DNA of 64,000 nucleotides from Octopus sinensis (taxonomy: Eukaryota): the NCBI RefSeq assembly GCF_006345805.1, contig NC_043006.1, positions 105,400,001 to 105,464,000 on the forward strand. The letters run 5' to 3'. Shown one piece after another: positions 25,977 to 39,776 of the stretch; position 1 is the stretch's first letter, and every line of letters starts with the position of its first letter. The translations under genes were made by a program, and so were the position numbers. The notes under the pieces are model-generated. The model ran no database searches. It was given only the letters and a program-made list of their open reading frames with translations, and was not told the origin of the DNA.

Positions 25977-26775
25977 CTAGGTCCGATCAATAAGTATCCG
26001 GACTGTTGCAATAGATACGAAGCTAAAACACGCAGAGTGAAGCTACTTGGCACAGATTGACTATCAACAATGCTCTGCATGTGGATTAGGTTTTGACGAT
26101 CTTGCTCACTTTCGCCCTTAACAGCAGTGTTTGGAAGGAAAGTGTGTAGCGTGTAATCGTCGCATTGACCATCACAAATAAAGTTGTCATGGCGGTACCT
26201 GCTCAGGAACCGACGCAAAGTTGCAGAAGGTTTATGGAGCGGAGTGTATGAGCTGCACACAAGTGTATGATTGGTCCAGAGATTTCCAAGATGGCCGAAA
26301 AACTTTGATATTGACGAAGTTTTTGGGAGACCGGCAACCAGCAGATCTGAGAAAAACATCGCAGATGTGAGTGCAGCTGTGAGAGGAAATCGTCGAATCA
26401 CCATTTGTGAGTTATCAGAGGATGTGCAGATTAGTTACGGTTCAGTTCAGTCCATTATCACTGAAGGTTTGGGTATGAGATGCGTGTCTGCTAAGTTTGT
26501 GTCAAAACTGTTTTCAGCTGAGCAAAAATACACTTGGGTTTCAGTTGCACAAGATCTCCTTGATTGTGTCGAGATCGATGAAAACTTCTAAAAGTTTTGC
26601 GTAGGTTTCCAAGCAGATATCGCCAAGACTATGGCAAAATTTGATGCAGATTCTCTGCTCAATTCTCTTTTGTTATGCTTAATGCGCCACACACCTTTAC
26701 AAGCACTACTGTAAACAACGGAAGTGGGCTAGAACTTTAAAATTCAGTGCGCATGTGCACCAGCGTTCAAAGTCG
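25977..26775 (+). mobile_element. Non-autonomous fold-back mariner derivative
   Basis: Same TIR as 9264. The ORF GRPATS...RRITICELSEDVQISYGSVQSII..GMRCVSAKFV is the transposase HTH region. From ~26591 the sequence is an inverted copy of the 5' region. Confidence 0.8.
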
Positions 26776-27035
26776 ATGTAGGCTAAGCGGGTGTGTATAT
26801 ATGTATATATATATACACACATACACACACACATATATATATAGTTAGATAGATAGATATGCACACATATATATACACACAGGCATATATATATATACAT
26901 ATGTATATACACAGACATAAATATATATATACACATATATATATATACACATATATATACATATACACATATATACATATATATACGTATTTACATATAC
27001 ACATATATGTGTATATACGCACACATTAAATACAT

Positions 27036-27090
<55 letters not shown>

Positions 27091-27458
27091 TATATATATA
27101 TATGTATGTATATACACACACACATACTTACGTGTGTGTGTACATATGTATTATTTGTTGATGACAATCTCGGTAGTGCTTTTGTTAATAATGGTTCTGT
27201 ATGCTAATACTGATGTTGCTTGTAGTAGTAGTAGTAGTAGTAGTTTAAAATCAAATGTTTGTAGTCCATACTCTATCCATCTGGATAGTTGTAAAGCCAT
27301 AGTTTGAGCACGATTTAGTGGAACCGAATTAATTTATCTGTGATTTATAAAAAGGTCTTTTTCGACGCCTAGACATGCTTTTATATGTATAAACAATGAA
27401 GTACTCAACATACAAATTGTGATAAATTGTGATATCTTCGATAGCTTTCATATATTAA

Positions 27459-27788
27459 TTGTTTCAGTCATTCGACTGCGGTCATGCTGGAGCAGTGTAT
27501 TGAAGGATAACAGTCGAATGAATCGATCCAGTACTTATTTTCTATCTCGAAACCTAGCATTTATTCTGCTGGTCTCTTTTCGGAGCCACAACGTTACGAG
27601 GACGTAAGTACATACAACACGGCTTTCAAGCGAGGGTTTCTTTCAGTTTCCGTCTAACAAATCCACTCAAAAGGCTTTGCTCAGCCAGAGGGAATAGCAG
27701 AAAACACATCCTAAAGGTGACATGCAGTGTGACTGAACCCGGAAACATGTGCTAGGGAAGCAAGTTTTTTTACCTCACAGCCACGCCT
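27459..27788 (-). mobile_element. SINE family B, degenerate
   Basis: TTGTTTCAGTCATTCGACTGCGG...CAGCCACGCCTG. Confidence 0.75.
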
Positions 27789-28529
27789 GTGTGTATCCAT
27801 AATTATATCTATAGAACATTATCATGCCAATCTCTAAATTAATACTATCAACTCTCATTGGATGCGAAGAAAAATTTATGAGAGAGAGAGTAAATAAAAA
27901 TGGATTATATTTTAGTGGTCACATAGAAATATGTCAACCGGATGTGGCGGTATATCCGTAACTCAACAAAACTTGTTTCATTTATTTATAAGTTAAACTA
28001 TTTTCACAATGCAAATATGCAGTCCTCTGATATAAGAAATATTGCTTGTTGATTTAACCAATTTTATATTTACGATGTATTTTATATCTATTTCTATTGA
28101 AATCTCTCTTCCTGAAAATACCGGAGTTCAGGAAAAAATTTAAAGCTATTGGTGACCTTGATTATACACGAAAATAAAATGCATTGTTATATCATGCCGA
28201 TTCTTAGTAGCTCAAAAATGATTGCAATGTATTGCTCCATATGTTTAGAAGAAACTACGAAGGTTTAGAGGTTACTGAATCCGCGATACTGATCATCCTT
28301 GTTATCGGCTGAATACGAAACTTCTGTATGTATATATGTATGTATGATTATTGCAGCTGGCATCAAACCTGTAGTCAGTGGTACATTGTGAATAACTATA
28401 TGTGAAGAACCAGCAGTAATAATCATAAACAACTCTTGTCCCTCAGCATTGAGTACTGTTTGGTACTTGTAGCCTGTACCTACTTACAATATATTCACAC
28501 ACACACACACACACATGTATGTATGTATG

Positions 28530-28609
<80 letters not shown>

Positions 28610-28613
<4 letters not shown>

Positions 28614-28800
28614 GGAGAGTTTACGAAAAAAACAAAAGACGAAGACAGGCGGTGTACAAAACAAACAGATGTATTAGTATAACGCTCAGGAATAGAAAAC
28701 GTATTTTACGTTTCGAGCCTACGCTCTTCCACAGAAAGGGACACAGAAAAAAACAAGGAGAGAAAAAATGTGTGTAGTGGCTAACGATCTATCATGGCGA
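28610..28800 (-). mobile_element. Penelope-like terminal remnant (same family as 17452-17640)
   Basis: Shares GTGTACAA...ATGTATTAG...CGCTCAG...ACGTTTCGA...CTCTT with the 17.5-kb copy and abuts (TA)n. Confidence 0.4.
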
Positions 28801-30050
28801 CATATATCCATGAGAATTCAGAGTAGGCCAGCTAGAATTAGGAACATTTGAATAAATAGAATCTCCACCTTAAAGACCACATAAATAATGTGACACTCAA
28901 CACGAGTCTGAAAATGTATAATCTCATGCGCACGCGCATGTAACAGAGACTGCAACGTTGCATGATGTAACTGCAAAAGTCAGAAACTTATTCCCTTTTC
29001 TAAGATAGTACTTAACTGTTATACACAAGAACAGTAAGCCCGTTAATGTGCATAACGTTGAGGTAATTAACTCTCAGCTAGAAAGATTCATAGCCAGCAT
29101 CAATAACCACAAACGAAATTACGCATTCACACTGTCATCTACCAGTAACCCACCTTCAGTTTCTGAATTTAAGGTACGTGTACTCGAAGGGATTATGCTG
29201 TTTCAAAAGAATGCCATACTAAGTCACATTCACTCAACCACACAGTTTCCCGCAGAAGAATCAGGATCTTAAGGCTAATGACTTAAAGGCACGGTTTACA
29301 TATCATGTGAACACCTTTTGATCAAGAATGGACCCAATTCCATTTAGTTGTCCCATTTTCTATGGTGGCTCATGATACGACTGAGAATTGGCGAATGTGG
29401 TCCACCATAGTCTAATAGATTTCATAACAAATAATTTTGCCTATCTCAGACACACTATTTTTCCCAAAGCAGCCCCTAATATCACTCAAATCCAACTGCA
29501 GCCACGGAAGAGAGTTTTTGCAATAACGATATTCGAAGACCTGTATTTGAACAATCAATATCCTGGTCTCAAATCATATCGAAGCCACCTTGGGCTTTCA
29601 TCATTGTCGAGTCGATAAAATAATACCAGTCATATATCAAAACCCATTTGTATTAACTAACATAAAAAATAAATAATGTTTGGCTTTATACCAATTTAAA
29701 TACAAAAGTATATCTATAATCACGACATATGGTGGCTGTATATAATCGATTGTTTTACATTAATTATTAAATGACATGAGTAAATGAAGTTGTATCTATT
29801 GTGTTTACATATATATGGATGAAAGAGGACGATGCAAGGTGGTTTTTCAGCTTGCTAAACATGGTAGCTAAGTGGCTGAGTTCTAGATGAATTATGCACG
29901 AAAACAATGAGTCTGAATGATCACAACTGGAAAAGCAGCGGTTGTTGGTTTATCCGAACTGTAGAGAATCCAATCATATAACAACTCTAAAAGTAATGAC
30001 ATCTACAACAAGAGCAGCAACCATAACCTGAACAACGACAAAAATGTTGG

Positions 30051-30343
30051 TTTCAAAGTTTGGCACAAGGCCAGCAATTTCAGGGAAAGTAGTAAGTCGA
30101 TCACATCGACTCCAGTATTTAACTGGTACTTATTTTATCGACCCCGAAATGCTGAAAGACATCTTTTTCTCCTCTTGTTATATGTAAAGAGTTACTACCA
30201 TAAAGTGCGCAACTTATTTTATCGACCCAAAAGGCTGAAAAGCGAGGTTGACCTCAGCGGAATTTGAACTCGGAACGTGAAAATGGAGGAAATGCCGTTA
30301 AGCATTTTGGCTGGAATGCTAACGATTCGGCCAACTCGCTGCC
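30051..30343 (-). mobile_element. SINE family A with partial internal duplication
   Basis: Head, B box, core and CCTTGTGCCAAA tail; ACTTATTTTATCGACCC occurs twice. Confidence 0.8.
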
Positions 30344-31026
30344 TTAACTAACAAACACGAAAATATCAACCGTGTATGTATGTATGTGATAAAACGAAAG
30401 ATGAGATAGATACTGATAGTTCTTCAATTTTTTTATTCATACTTACCTGTCAGGAATTTATAATTTACCTGGTCGTATTTAAAGATGACATAAATATTTA
30501 TAGGACTTCGAAAGATAGATGCAACTACTCAAAGGATTTAAAAGGCTTTCTAGAAACACATCTAGTGCATACTATGAAACGTCTTATGGTGATAACCGGA
30601 GCAGAATAATTCCTGAGCAGTTTGTTAATTATATAACATATAACAATGCTAACCAATAGAAAAATACTTCAAGCTGAATACACAGAGAAACACACACAAA
30701 CAACCAGAATGGTTACAAATGGTTAGTAAAACGTGTCGTGTCAGCAATTATATCGAAACCCAAACGCCACAGCGCGTAAGGACCACATTGTATGAATACA
30801 ATACTACGCTGTTTCCATAAAAAGGATATATGTAAATACATACATATATAGCATATATGTGTGTGAATGCCTGTGTGTCAGTATGTGTGTGAGTAGAATA
30901 CTCACACAAAAGAAATACATATACGTACATACATACATACATACATACATACATACATACATACATACACATACATACATACATACATAATACATACATA
31001 CATACATACATACATACATACATACA

Positions 31027-31057
<31 letters not shown>

Positions 31058-31059
31058 TA

Positions 31060-31625
31060 CAACTGTCGCATTTCGACACATGAGCAAAGTAGATTCCAGA
31101 AGGCCATTTCGCTTCTGAGAAAGATCTATGTCCTTTGCTTGACCCGAGGTCTCGCAATGGACATAGCAGAACCACAACATAGATCAAGAGAAGAAGAGGT
31201 GAGTGTCGAGCAGCTCCGAGAAATAGATATTATGGTAGCAATAGAACAGGCAGAGTAGGGTAAACAACATGTCTATTGGACAGGGGACTGAAATGTGTTT
31301 GAGATTCATTAAACACAAATTAGTCGCATGGCAGATCTCTGGATGCGATGGAGGGTTGTGCACGTTTGTGCGTGCATATATGGATGCGGGAGTATCAACT
31401 TCCTTACTGATAGAAACAACATTCCGTTACAAACCTCTGCTAAGCTTTTTTGAGTGTCAGCAATTTGAGGGGACTGAAATAACATCTGTACCAGTTCTTG
31501 GGGTTTGGTCTGCATATATTAAGGATCTACTTTCACCAGTAGGGATCCTCAATGACAATGAAAACCAGAATTGTGACCTATTACTGGGGTGTGGATTTGG
31601 AAATACCTGAAGAGAAGATTCAAGT
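31060..31625 (+). mobile_element. Possible decayed Tc1-like transposase remnant
   Basis: Stop-interrupted frames VYWTGD*NVFEIH, RVVHVCACIYGCG and KPEL*PITGVWIWKYLKRR loosely resemble Tc1 DDE motifs. Confidence 0.3.
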
Positions 31626-31839
31626 TATTCAGTCCCCCATTTCTTTTCTTCTCTCTCCACAGACACACAAACACACACACACATACATACATACATACAT
31701 ACATACATACATACATACATACATACATACATACAACAGACAGGCAGACAGACAGACGCACATACGTGCTCAAACTCAGGCACATGTAGATACACTATTT
31801 ATCATACGCTAAGTTTATTGATTTCTGTGCAGGTTGTGA

Positions 31840-31840
<1 letters not shown>

Positions 31841-31875
<35 letters not shown>

Positions 31876-31907
31876 CATCATCATCATCATCGTCATCGTC
31901 ATCGTCA

Positions 31908-31962
<55 letters not shown>

Positions 31963-31981
31963 CATTATTATTATTATTATT
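31841..31981. repeat. (ATT)n/(ATC)n microsatellite
   Basis: Direct reading. Confidence 0.97.
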
Positions 31982-32385
31982 TGAAAATTATAATTGCCCA
32001 CTGTTTTGATAATAGAATTTATCAACTCGAAAAGAATTTATATTAAATGTAAAAATTGATTTCTACTTTCAGGCGCATGAATTTAACTATTTAGAAATTC
32101 ATTTATTAAAATGCAATTAATTAAAATATCTATTTTTCTTTGAGCCGGCTAAAAAAATTGCAAATTGGCAAAGCTTTGTTGATACCAAATTAAAAAAAAG
32201 ATGAAAGCGGAAACAAACGAGCATAATTCTTGATCGAGTGAAAGCTTTGAATAAATTACGGACCAGATGTTAACTGTGAATATTTCACATGCAATCGCAT
32301 ATGTATTCAATGCGTTTCAACATTAAACTGTTTAATCCGTCTATCTCATTTTTAATCCGTCTATCTCACTCAGTATTCCCTACAC

Positions 32386-32423
<38 letters not shown>

Positions 32424-32495
32424 GTATCACTCTGTTTCGATAGCTATCTTTCTATCTATCTAACCATCCGTCTGTGTTGTCTTTCTATATACCGC

Positions 32496-32634
32496 TAAGC
32501 ATTGCTTCCCAACCACATGGTTCCGGGTTCAGTCCCATTGCGTGGCATCTTGGGCATGTGTCTTCTACTATAACCTCGGGCCGACCAAAGACTTGTGAGT
32601 AGATTTGGTAGACGAAAAACTGAAAGAGGCCCGT

Positions 32635-32637
<3 letters not shown>
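32496..32637 (+). mobile_element. SINE family B 5' half
   Basis: CCCAACCACATGGTTCCGGGTTCAGTCCC...GAAAGAGGCCCGTC followed by (TA)n. Confidence 0.85.
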
Positions 32638-32711
<74 letters not shown>

Positions 32712-32712
<1 letters not shown>

Positions 32713-33168
32713 CAAATGAATTCCAACTCTGCCTGTTTTTAATGTTTTATTTATTTCTTTATAATATTTAAGTAGAATATAGAATATATAGTAAAATGAA
32801 ATGAAGTATTGATTTTCTTATTGAATAGATGAAATATTCAATATCAAATTTGAAGGGACTAGTATACTTTCTTCTATTAAAGCAGTTTTCAAGGTCCCAG
32901 GTTGTGACAGGAATGTTTCAACTCAGGAGTGTTTCAAGACAGTTGAAACACTCCTATCACAACCTGGGATCTTGAAGACTACTTTAATGCAAGAAAGTAT
33001 ACTAGTCCCTTAATATTTTATATTCAATATTAAATCTATTCAATAAGACAATACTTCATTTCATTATACTGTATTTACTATTTATACTATATATTCTATA
33101 TTCTACATTAATATTAAAAAGAATATAAATAAAACATAAAAAAACAGACAGATTTGGAATTCCTTTGA
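32712..33168. repeat. Imperfect fold-back palindrome (~210-bp arms)
   Basis: AAGGGACTAGTATACTTTC/GAAAGTATACTAGTCCCTT and CCCAGGTTGTGA/TCACAACCTGGG pair across a centre at about 32922-32940. Confidence 0.9.
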
Positions 33169-33208
33169 ATAATATATATCCCTCTATACACAATTATACA
33201 AACTCCTT

Positions 33209-33259
<51 letters not shown>

Positions 33260-33273
33260 ATATACATATATAT

Positions 33274-33317
<44 letters not shown>

Positions 33318-33361
33318 ATATATATATGTGTGTGTATATATATATATATGTATACATACAT

Positions 33362-33411
<50 letters not shown>

Positions 33412-33413
33412 CT

Positions 33414-33478
<65 letters not shown>

Positions 33479-33603
33479 TGCTTGTATGTTTGTGTATATA
33501 ATAAGAAAGCTGTGCTCCTTTACTAGCGGTACAGATCTATCTATGCTATCTCTTTTAAAATTTAAGGTAAGGATACACATATCTCTTTCCCCTCCCTTTC
33601 CTC

Positions 33604-33657
<54 letters not shown>

Positions 33658-33819
33658 TGCTTCGTAGATGTAGTTGAAGTGTGAAGGAATATGAGTGTGC
33701 TGATTAACAATTATGTTTCAGTGCTCAATTTATTGCTTCTATGGAAATTCCACTGCACGGACAACCTTTCACTATGAGATAGATATCTTCTTGTTATATG
33801 AAATCATGCATATATATAT

Positions 33820-33851
<32 letters not shown>

Positions 33852-34796
33852 ATACATATATATATATGAAAAAAGAAAAATAATGATTTTACTAATCATG
33901 TTAATTTATTATTTTTAATTTTTTTAATTATATGAATTTAATAATATAAATTTATATCATTGAAAAATTAAAAACAATAAATTAAACAGATTAGAACAAT
34001 CTGTGAAGTAATTCTCTCTCTTTTTTCAAATATATTTAATTGTACCAAGGATTTCCCACATTTCCCAACATATATACACCTTTCGCTGGTAACATTTACC
34101 ACGGAATTTCCCGGCACTCTGAAACGATGAATAATGTTGAGTACGTGCCTATATTACCTTGATATTCAGCGAATGGCTGATGGGTTTGGATTAGGGAAAT
34201 TGATATTTGTGTTTGCACCTTCCGTTTTACTGTGCAGGTTGCCCGTAGTTTATGCTTAGTTTTCTGTAATTTTACTGAGAGTGAGAGACAAACAGACAGA
34301 GGAGGTGTGTGTGTATGTAGGTATAAGCAAACATATATATATATGTGCGTATATGTGTGTGTGAGTAAAAAAGCAATGCAAATATAAATTGCAATACTGT
34401 CTGATTCAACATTTTTTACATATATTCTAAAATGCTAGTATTCACTAGAGTTACTTCAACACAGTAAAGTCATTCATTGAAATTAAATTGAATTTGGATA
34501 ATCAATTAACTTTATTATAAGTGTGCTATAAAGATAGCGGTTATTATGTTATATATTCTAATGTTTAATTCAACACAATTTTGAACCTGTATTTCGTGTT
34601 TTGAGCCACATTTCACGCCACAGTGTAGTTAACCTGCAACAAATTAATTTGTTTCTTTAATTAAATTTTCTTCTGAAATATTCGTCCCCCCCCCATTGGT
34701 AGTGCAAAAACAGTATACGTTCACGTTTTGCAACACGTTGTTATGAAAATTTTGTATGTAGTATATATATGTATATATATATATATGTGTGTATGT

Positions 34797-35020
34797 TTGT
34801 GTGTCTGTGTTTGTCCCCCTAGTATTGCTTGACAACCGATGCTGGTGTGTTTACGTCCCCGTCACTTAGCGGTTCGGCAAAAGAGAGCGATAGAATAAGT
34901 ACTGGGCTTACAAAGAATAAGTCCCGGGGTCGATTTGCTCGACTAAAGGCGGTGCTCCAGCATGGCCGCAGTCAAATGACTGAAACAAGGAAAAGAGTAA
35001 AGAGAAAAGAGTAAAGAGTA
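34797..35020 (+). mobile_element. SINE family B 3' half
   Basis: GTGTTTGTCCCCTAG...GCATGGCCGCAGTCAAATGACTGAAAC. Confidence 0.85.
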
Positions 35021-35054
35021 TTGATACAATATTCAAGAGTCCGAGTGGATTTTA

Positions 35055-35190
35055 ACTTTTCACTCGTTAAGCACGTTAGAGCATCGAATAGGGTGCCTCG
35101 CCGTGTTTGTTCCATCTCGCTGCTCTCTGAGTTCGAAATTCCACTGCAGTCAGCTTTGCCTCTCAGCTGTTAAGGCTCGATTAAAAGTAA
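35055..35190 (+). mobile_element. SINE family A, highly degenerate
   Basis: CTGAGTTCGAAATTCCACTGCAGTCAGCTTTGCC matches the B box and core. Confidence 0.45.
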
Positions 35191-36690
35191 AGGAAGGTTT
35201 CTGTAAGAAATCTTGGCTGAATGCCTTGTGGTATTTCTGTCGACTTCCTTTGTTCTGAATTCAAAATACTTAGTGGCCTATTTGGATTGGGCTGTGGAAA
35301 AAAATGGGGTTGCATTGGCACGTCCGAGAACCTCTCTATTTTGTATTCTATCCTGTCACATTATGCCTAGAATTTTCCTTAGGTATAAAGTGGCATTTTA
35401 GAAGATTCAGTACCATAGAGAAGAGTTGGACGAATGACAGCATGGTAAACTTTACTTTTATATCAGCACAAATAAAATAAGATAAAATAAAATGAACAGA
35501 CTATCCTGCTCCGCAGTTTTCTAAAACATGCTCTCAACTTGCCAATGGGAAATGACACTCGAGCATCAAGACAGGTAATCGTAAACAATATATTTCCAAG
35601 ATATTCAAAGTTGCCTAGGTTTTGCAATTCTACCTCATTGTTTTTCTAGAAGGTACTGATTATGCATGTCCTTAGACATCTTTATGCAGTACTATCTCTA
35701 TCTTTCCAGTATCAAGGGGATCAAAACTGTTGTAGGCTTTGAGAATTGATGAAAACAGACTTACATTCTAGTTTCGTCATGTCTAGCAATGCTCAGCCAT
35801 CAGTGAACAGCAGGTCACACACACTTGCATGCTTAACTGATATTTAGTTGAAAAAAAAGACGCAGGGAAACATATATAAACTAATACAAACAATGCATAG
35901 AAATTTTTTTGAAGGCCAAGCGAGCTCGTGTTGGTGTTTCATCCCAATCTTACAGCTGATGGAAAGGTGTTTGTCATATTACAAGCAAAGGGAGAATGCG
36001 GAAAGATGTTTTGAGCAGTGTCAGCACGTTCTTCAACTGATGTTGATTATTATTAACACAGCTCTTGATAAAGATCCTGTATTGTAGAAGAAAAATGACC
36101 AGAAGATGAAAGTCTTCTTCTGTTCATTTTTCCTCCTCCTTCTACTTCGTATCCTTCCTCTTGATTCCCCGTCCTACATAATCTCTGCTCCACTTATTCA
36201 ACCCACAATTTTAATCATTCTTTTCCTCCCGAGAAAAGCGAAAACAAGCTATGAAAGCCGCACAATGTGACAGTAAACCTTCGATGCACCTCTGATGAAA
36301 TGTCACTCTAACGTCTACAACCACAAACATTGCGTAGATCTTGCGTAAACTTGCGCTGCAAACAGAGTTGGTGCGGAAACAATTGAACGAATCGTTATAG
36401 ATGTGTTAAAGAATTTTCTGGGTCTTCTTTGTAGCATTTGGATCATTTACTCTTCGCCAAACTCACTTTACGGTGGAATCGTTGTGGAGCACTTCAGTTT
36501 TAAAAACCCGAGGAATTCTGGCGTTGGTTTGGAACCCGACAGTGTTGATGGCCCAGTGCACGTGCCGAGAGCTTCTCTGGAAATACACTAACTTTGCATC
36601 CTACCTGACATTATATATATATATGTGGAAAATGAGAAAGCAAAACATCTCGTCTCTCTACTGACTTCTTTCTCTCTCTCTCTTTCTCCC

Positions 36691-36725
<35 letters not shown>

Positions 36726-37133
36726 ATGATGGAATAGTCGGCTTATAGAATCTTTACTCGATACCATGATCCACATGCTCGACTATTCTAGAAGAAGCTA
36801 TAAGTGACTATCTTTTTCAATTTAGCTATATTTGTACTATGTTTATATTTTCTATTTAAATTAAATGCTTTTCGAGTGATACAAAATGTTCTGCTTCTTC
36901 GTTTTGTCTTTTAACCAATGCCCACCCGATCCAGGAGAAAACATTTAGAGCCACCTTTGGATAGGCATTTTCATAACATTTTCCTGTCGCAGTTCAAGCC
37001 AGAGCTTTAGCGGTAAGATCAAACTGAGCATAGTACATACCTATTACGTTACGTCAATTGACGAAAATTCTCTGAATATTTTCTCTCCCTATGTGTGGTG
37101 TGTGTTGTCTCTCTCTCTATATATATTATATAT

Positions 37134-37181
<48 letters not shown>

Positions 37182-37247
37182 TATATTATACATGTCTGTG
37201 GGTATGAGTGTGCGAGTAACCAGGTATTAACATACGTGGAGGTACAA

Positions 37248-37487
37248 ACGGATACGAAATCATATACTTTCTAGTACTAAAGTGTATTAGTGGAAAACCA
37301 ACATCTATAGTTATAGGTTTTCTGTAAATTAACAGAGAGATTACATATCGATGTATACAACAAATACGGAGAGTAGCGCATGAGTAATCAGATGAAAATC
37401 CAGTAACTTGTCAAGTACGAAAGCTATGTGTACTAGATGGTACCCTGCACTCCACACAGATCTTCAGACACATTCACAACTATATCT
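37248..37487 (+). repeat. Source of 240-bp inverted duplication
   Basis: Reverse complement matches 39537-39776 with 2 mismatches seen. Confidence 0.95.
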
Positions 37488-37523
37488 ATATATACACATA
37501 CAAAATAGAGACATAGTGCATAC

Positions 37524-37604
<81 letters not shown>

Positions 37605-37610
<6 letters not shown>

Positions 37611-37983
37611 GTTCCGAGTTCAATCCCACTGCGTGGCACTTTGGGCAGGTGTCTTCTACTATGGCCTCGGGTCGACTAAAGCCTTGTGAGTGGATTTGGT
37701 AGACGGAAACTGAAGGAAGCCCGTCGTATACATGTATACATATGTATATATATATATGTGTGTGTGTGTGTGTACATGTGTCTGTGTTTGTCCACCCCAA
37801 CATCGCTTGACAACCAATGCTGGTGTCTTTACGTCCCTATAACTTAGCGGTTCGGCAAAAAAAAACGATAGAATAAGTCCTAGGTTTACAAAGAATAAAT
37901 CCTGGGGTCGATTTGTTCGACTAAAGGCGGTGCTCCAGCATGGCCACAGTTAAATGACTGAAACAAATAAAAGAATAAAAGAG

Positions 37984-37985
<2 letters not shown>
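37605..37985 (+). mobile_element. SINE family B
   Basis: GGTTCCGAGTTCAATCCCACTGCGTGGC through the ACTGAAACAAATAAAAGA tail. Confidence 0.85.
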
Positions 37986-38038
<53 letters not shown>

Positions 38039-38039
38039 G

Positions 38040-38337
38040 TGAAGGCGCATGGCTCAGTGGTTAGAGCGTCGAGCTTACGATCGTGAGGTTGTGAGCTCGA
38101 ATCCCGGACCGGGCTGCGTGTTGTGTTCTCGAGCAAGGCACTTTATTTCACATTGCTCCAGTTCACTCAGCTGTAGAAACGAGTTGCGACGTCACAGGTG
38201 CCAAGCTGTATCGACCTTTGTCTTTCCCTTGGATAACATCAGTGGTGTGGAGAGGGGACAACCTTGCCCGGACTTGTGTCTAGGAGGGTAACTTTCTAGG
38301 TGCAATCCCATGGTCATTCGTGACCGAAGGGGTCTTT
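38040..38337 (+). mobile_element. SINE family C (tRNA-like head GGCGCATGGCTCAGTGGTTAGAGCG)
   Basis: A box TGGCTCAGTGG, B box GAGCTCGAATCCC, central TTGTGTTCTCGAGCAAGGCACTTTATTTCAC. About 45 bp are deleted relative to the 44.4-kb copy. Confidence 0.85.
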
Positions 38338-38451
38338 ATATATATATATATATTCATATATATATATACAATATATTACATATATGTATATATATATATA
38401 TATTATATATATATAATATATATATACATATATATATATATGCATATATTA

Positions 38452-38485
<34 letters not shown>

Positions 38486-39092
38486 CACGTAGACACACAT
38501 ACGTGTGTGGGTGCGTGTCGGTATGACTCTCTACGATCGTTGACAGAAACGATTCCAATGGAAAAGAAAACAAAAATGAAACAAGCGATTCGACGCAAAA
38601 GCAAGCTGGAAGCCATCATTAAACTGTACCCATGCGATATCTTTATAGCATTTATAAACAAATCTCGTAATCTACTATGTTTATACACTTCTCTCGACAT
38701 CGATCACCATATATTTGATACCGTACGATGGGAATACAAAGTAATTATATACGTGTGTGTATGTGTCTGTGTACGTGTATGTGCGTACATACACACACAC
38801 ACGCGCGCGTCATATACATGTATGTGTATTTTGTCTTTCCGTATATTTTTGCTATAAGCCAATTGTGCGTTATCTCTGTGTATATCATAGCTGATAATAT
38901 TTGATCCACAGTGACATACTCTTTATGAAATGAAACCATAATGATGTAGCCGTACATTGATGCACGATGACATCAATTCTAGGAACCATTGCGTTTTATA
39001 ACATATATATTTATATATTATATATATATTATATAATATATATATATAATATATATTATATATATATATATATATATAATCATATATATATA

Positions 39093-39127
<35 letters not shown>

Positions 39128-39231
39128 CTATATATATATACATTATATATATACATATATATATCTATTTATATATATATATATATATACCATATATATC
39201 TCTATATTTTTATATATATATATATATATGT

Positions 39232-39266
<35 letters not shown>

Positions 39267-39536
39267 ATCTATATATATATATATATCTATATATATATAT
39301 ATAGCTATATATTATATATAATATATCGATATATTATATATATATATGCATGTGTGTGTATATATATATAATATATATATATAATATATATAATTATTGA
39401 AGTAGATAAATGAATTATCTTATTACGGATAATTCAAATGATAACCGATACCTGGGTAGCAAAAATCACAACAGAAAAAGCACGGTTGAAGTTACGACCA
39501 TGGGGCATAAACCCGTGCCTTAGTGCGGAAATTTGA

Positions 39537-39776
39537 AGATATAGTTGTGAATGTGTCTGAAGATCTGTGTGGAGTGCAGGGTACCATCTAGTACACATAG
39601 CTTTCGTACTTGACAAGTTACTGGATTTTCATCTGATTACTCATGCGCTACTCTCCGTATTTGTTGTATACATCGATATGTAATCTCTCTGTTAATTTAC
39701 AGAAAACCTATAACTATAGATGTTGGTTTTCCACTAATACACTTTAGTACTATAAAGTATGTGATTTCGTATCCGT
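39537..39776 (-). repeat. 240-bp inverted duplicate flanked by a 19-bp direct repeat
   Basis: CCGTGCCTTAGTGCGGAAA occurs at 39513-39531 and 39773-39791. Confidence 0.95.

Noticed and set aside
28290-28330. CTGATCA...CGAAACTTCTGTA motif
   Set aside because: Core G8 is replaced and stems are weak; indistinguishable from chance.
35930-36080. Minus-strand exon with good acceptor and GTAAGA donor
   Set aside because: All three frames contain stops before the donor.
36293-36390. CTGATGA upstream of GAAACAATTG
   Set aside because: U16.1 is missing (GAA instead of GUH) and stems I and II do not form.
38040-38115. tRNA-like sequences (also at 41423, 55361 and 55812)
   Set aside because: They are SINE heads with A/B boxes continuing into shared SINE bodies; no complete cloverleaf.
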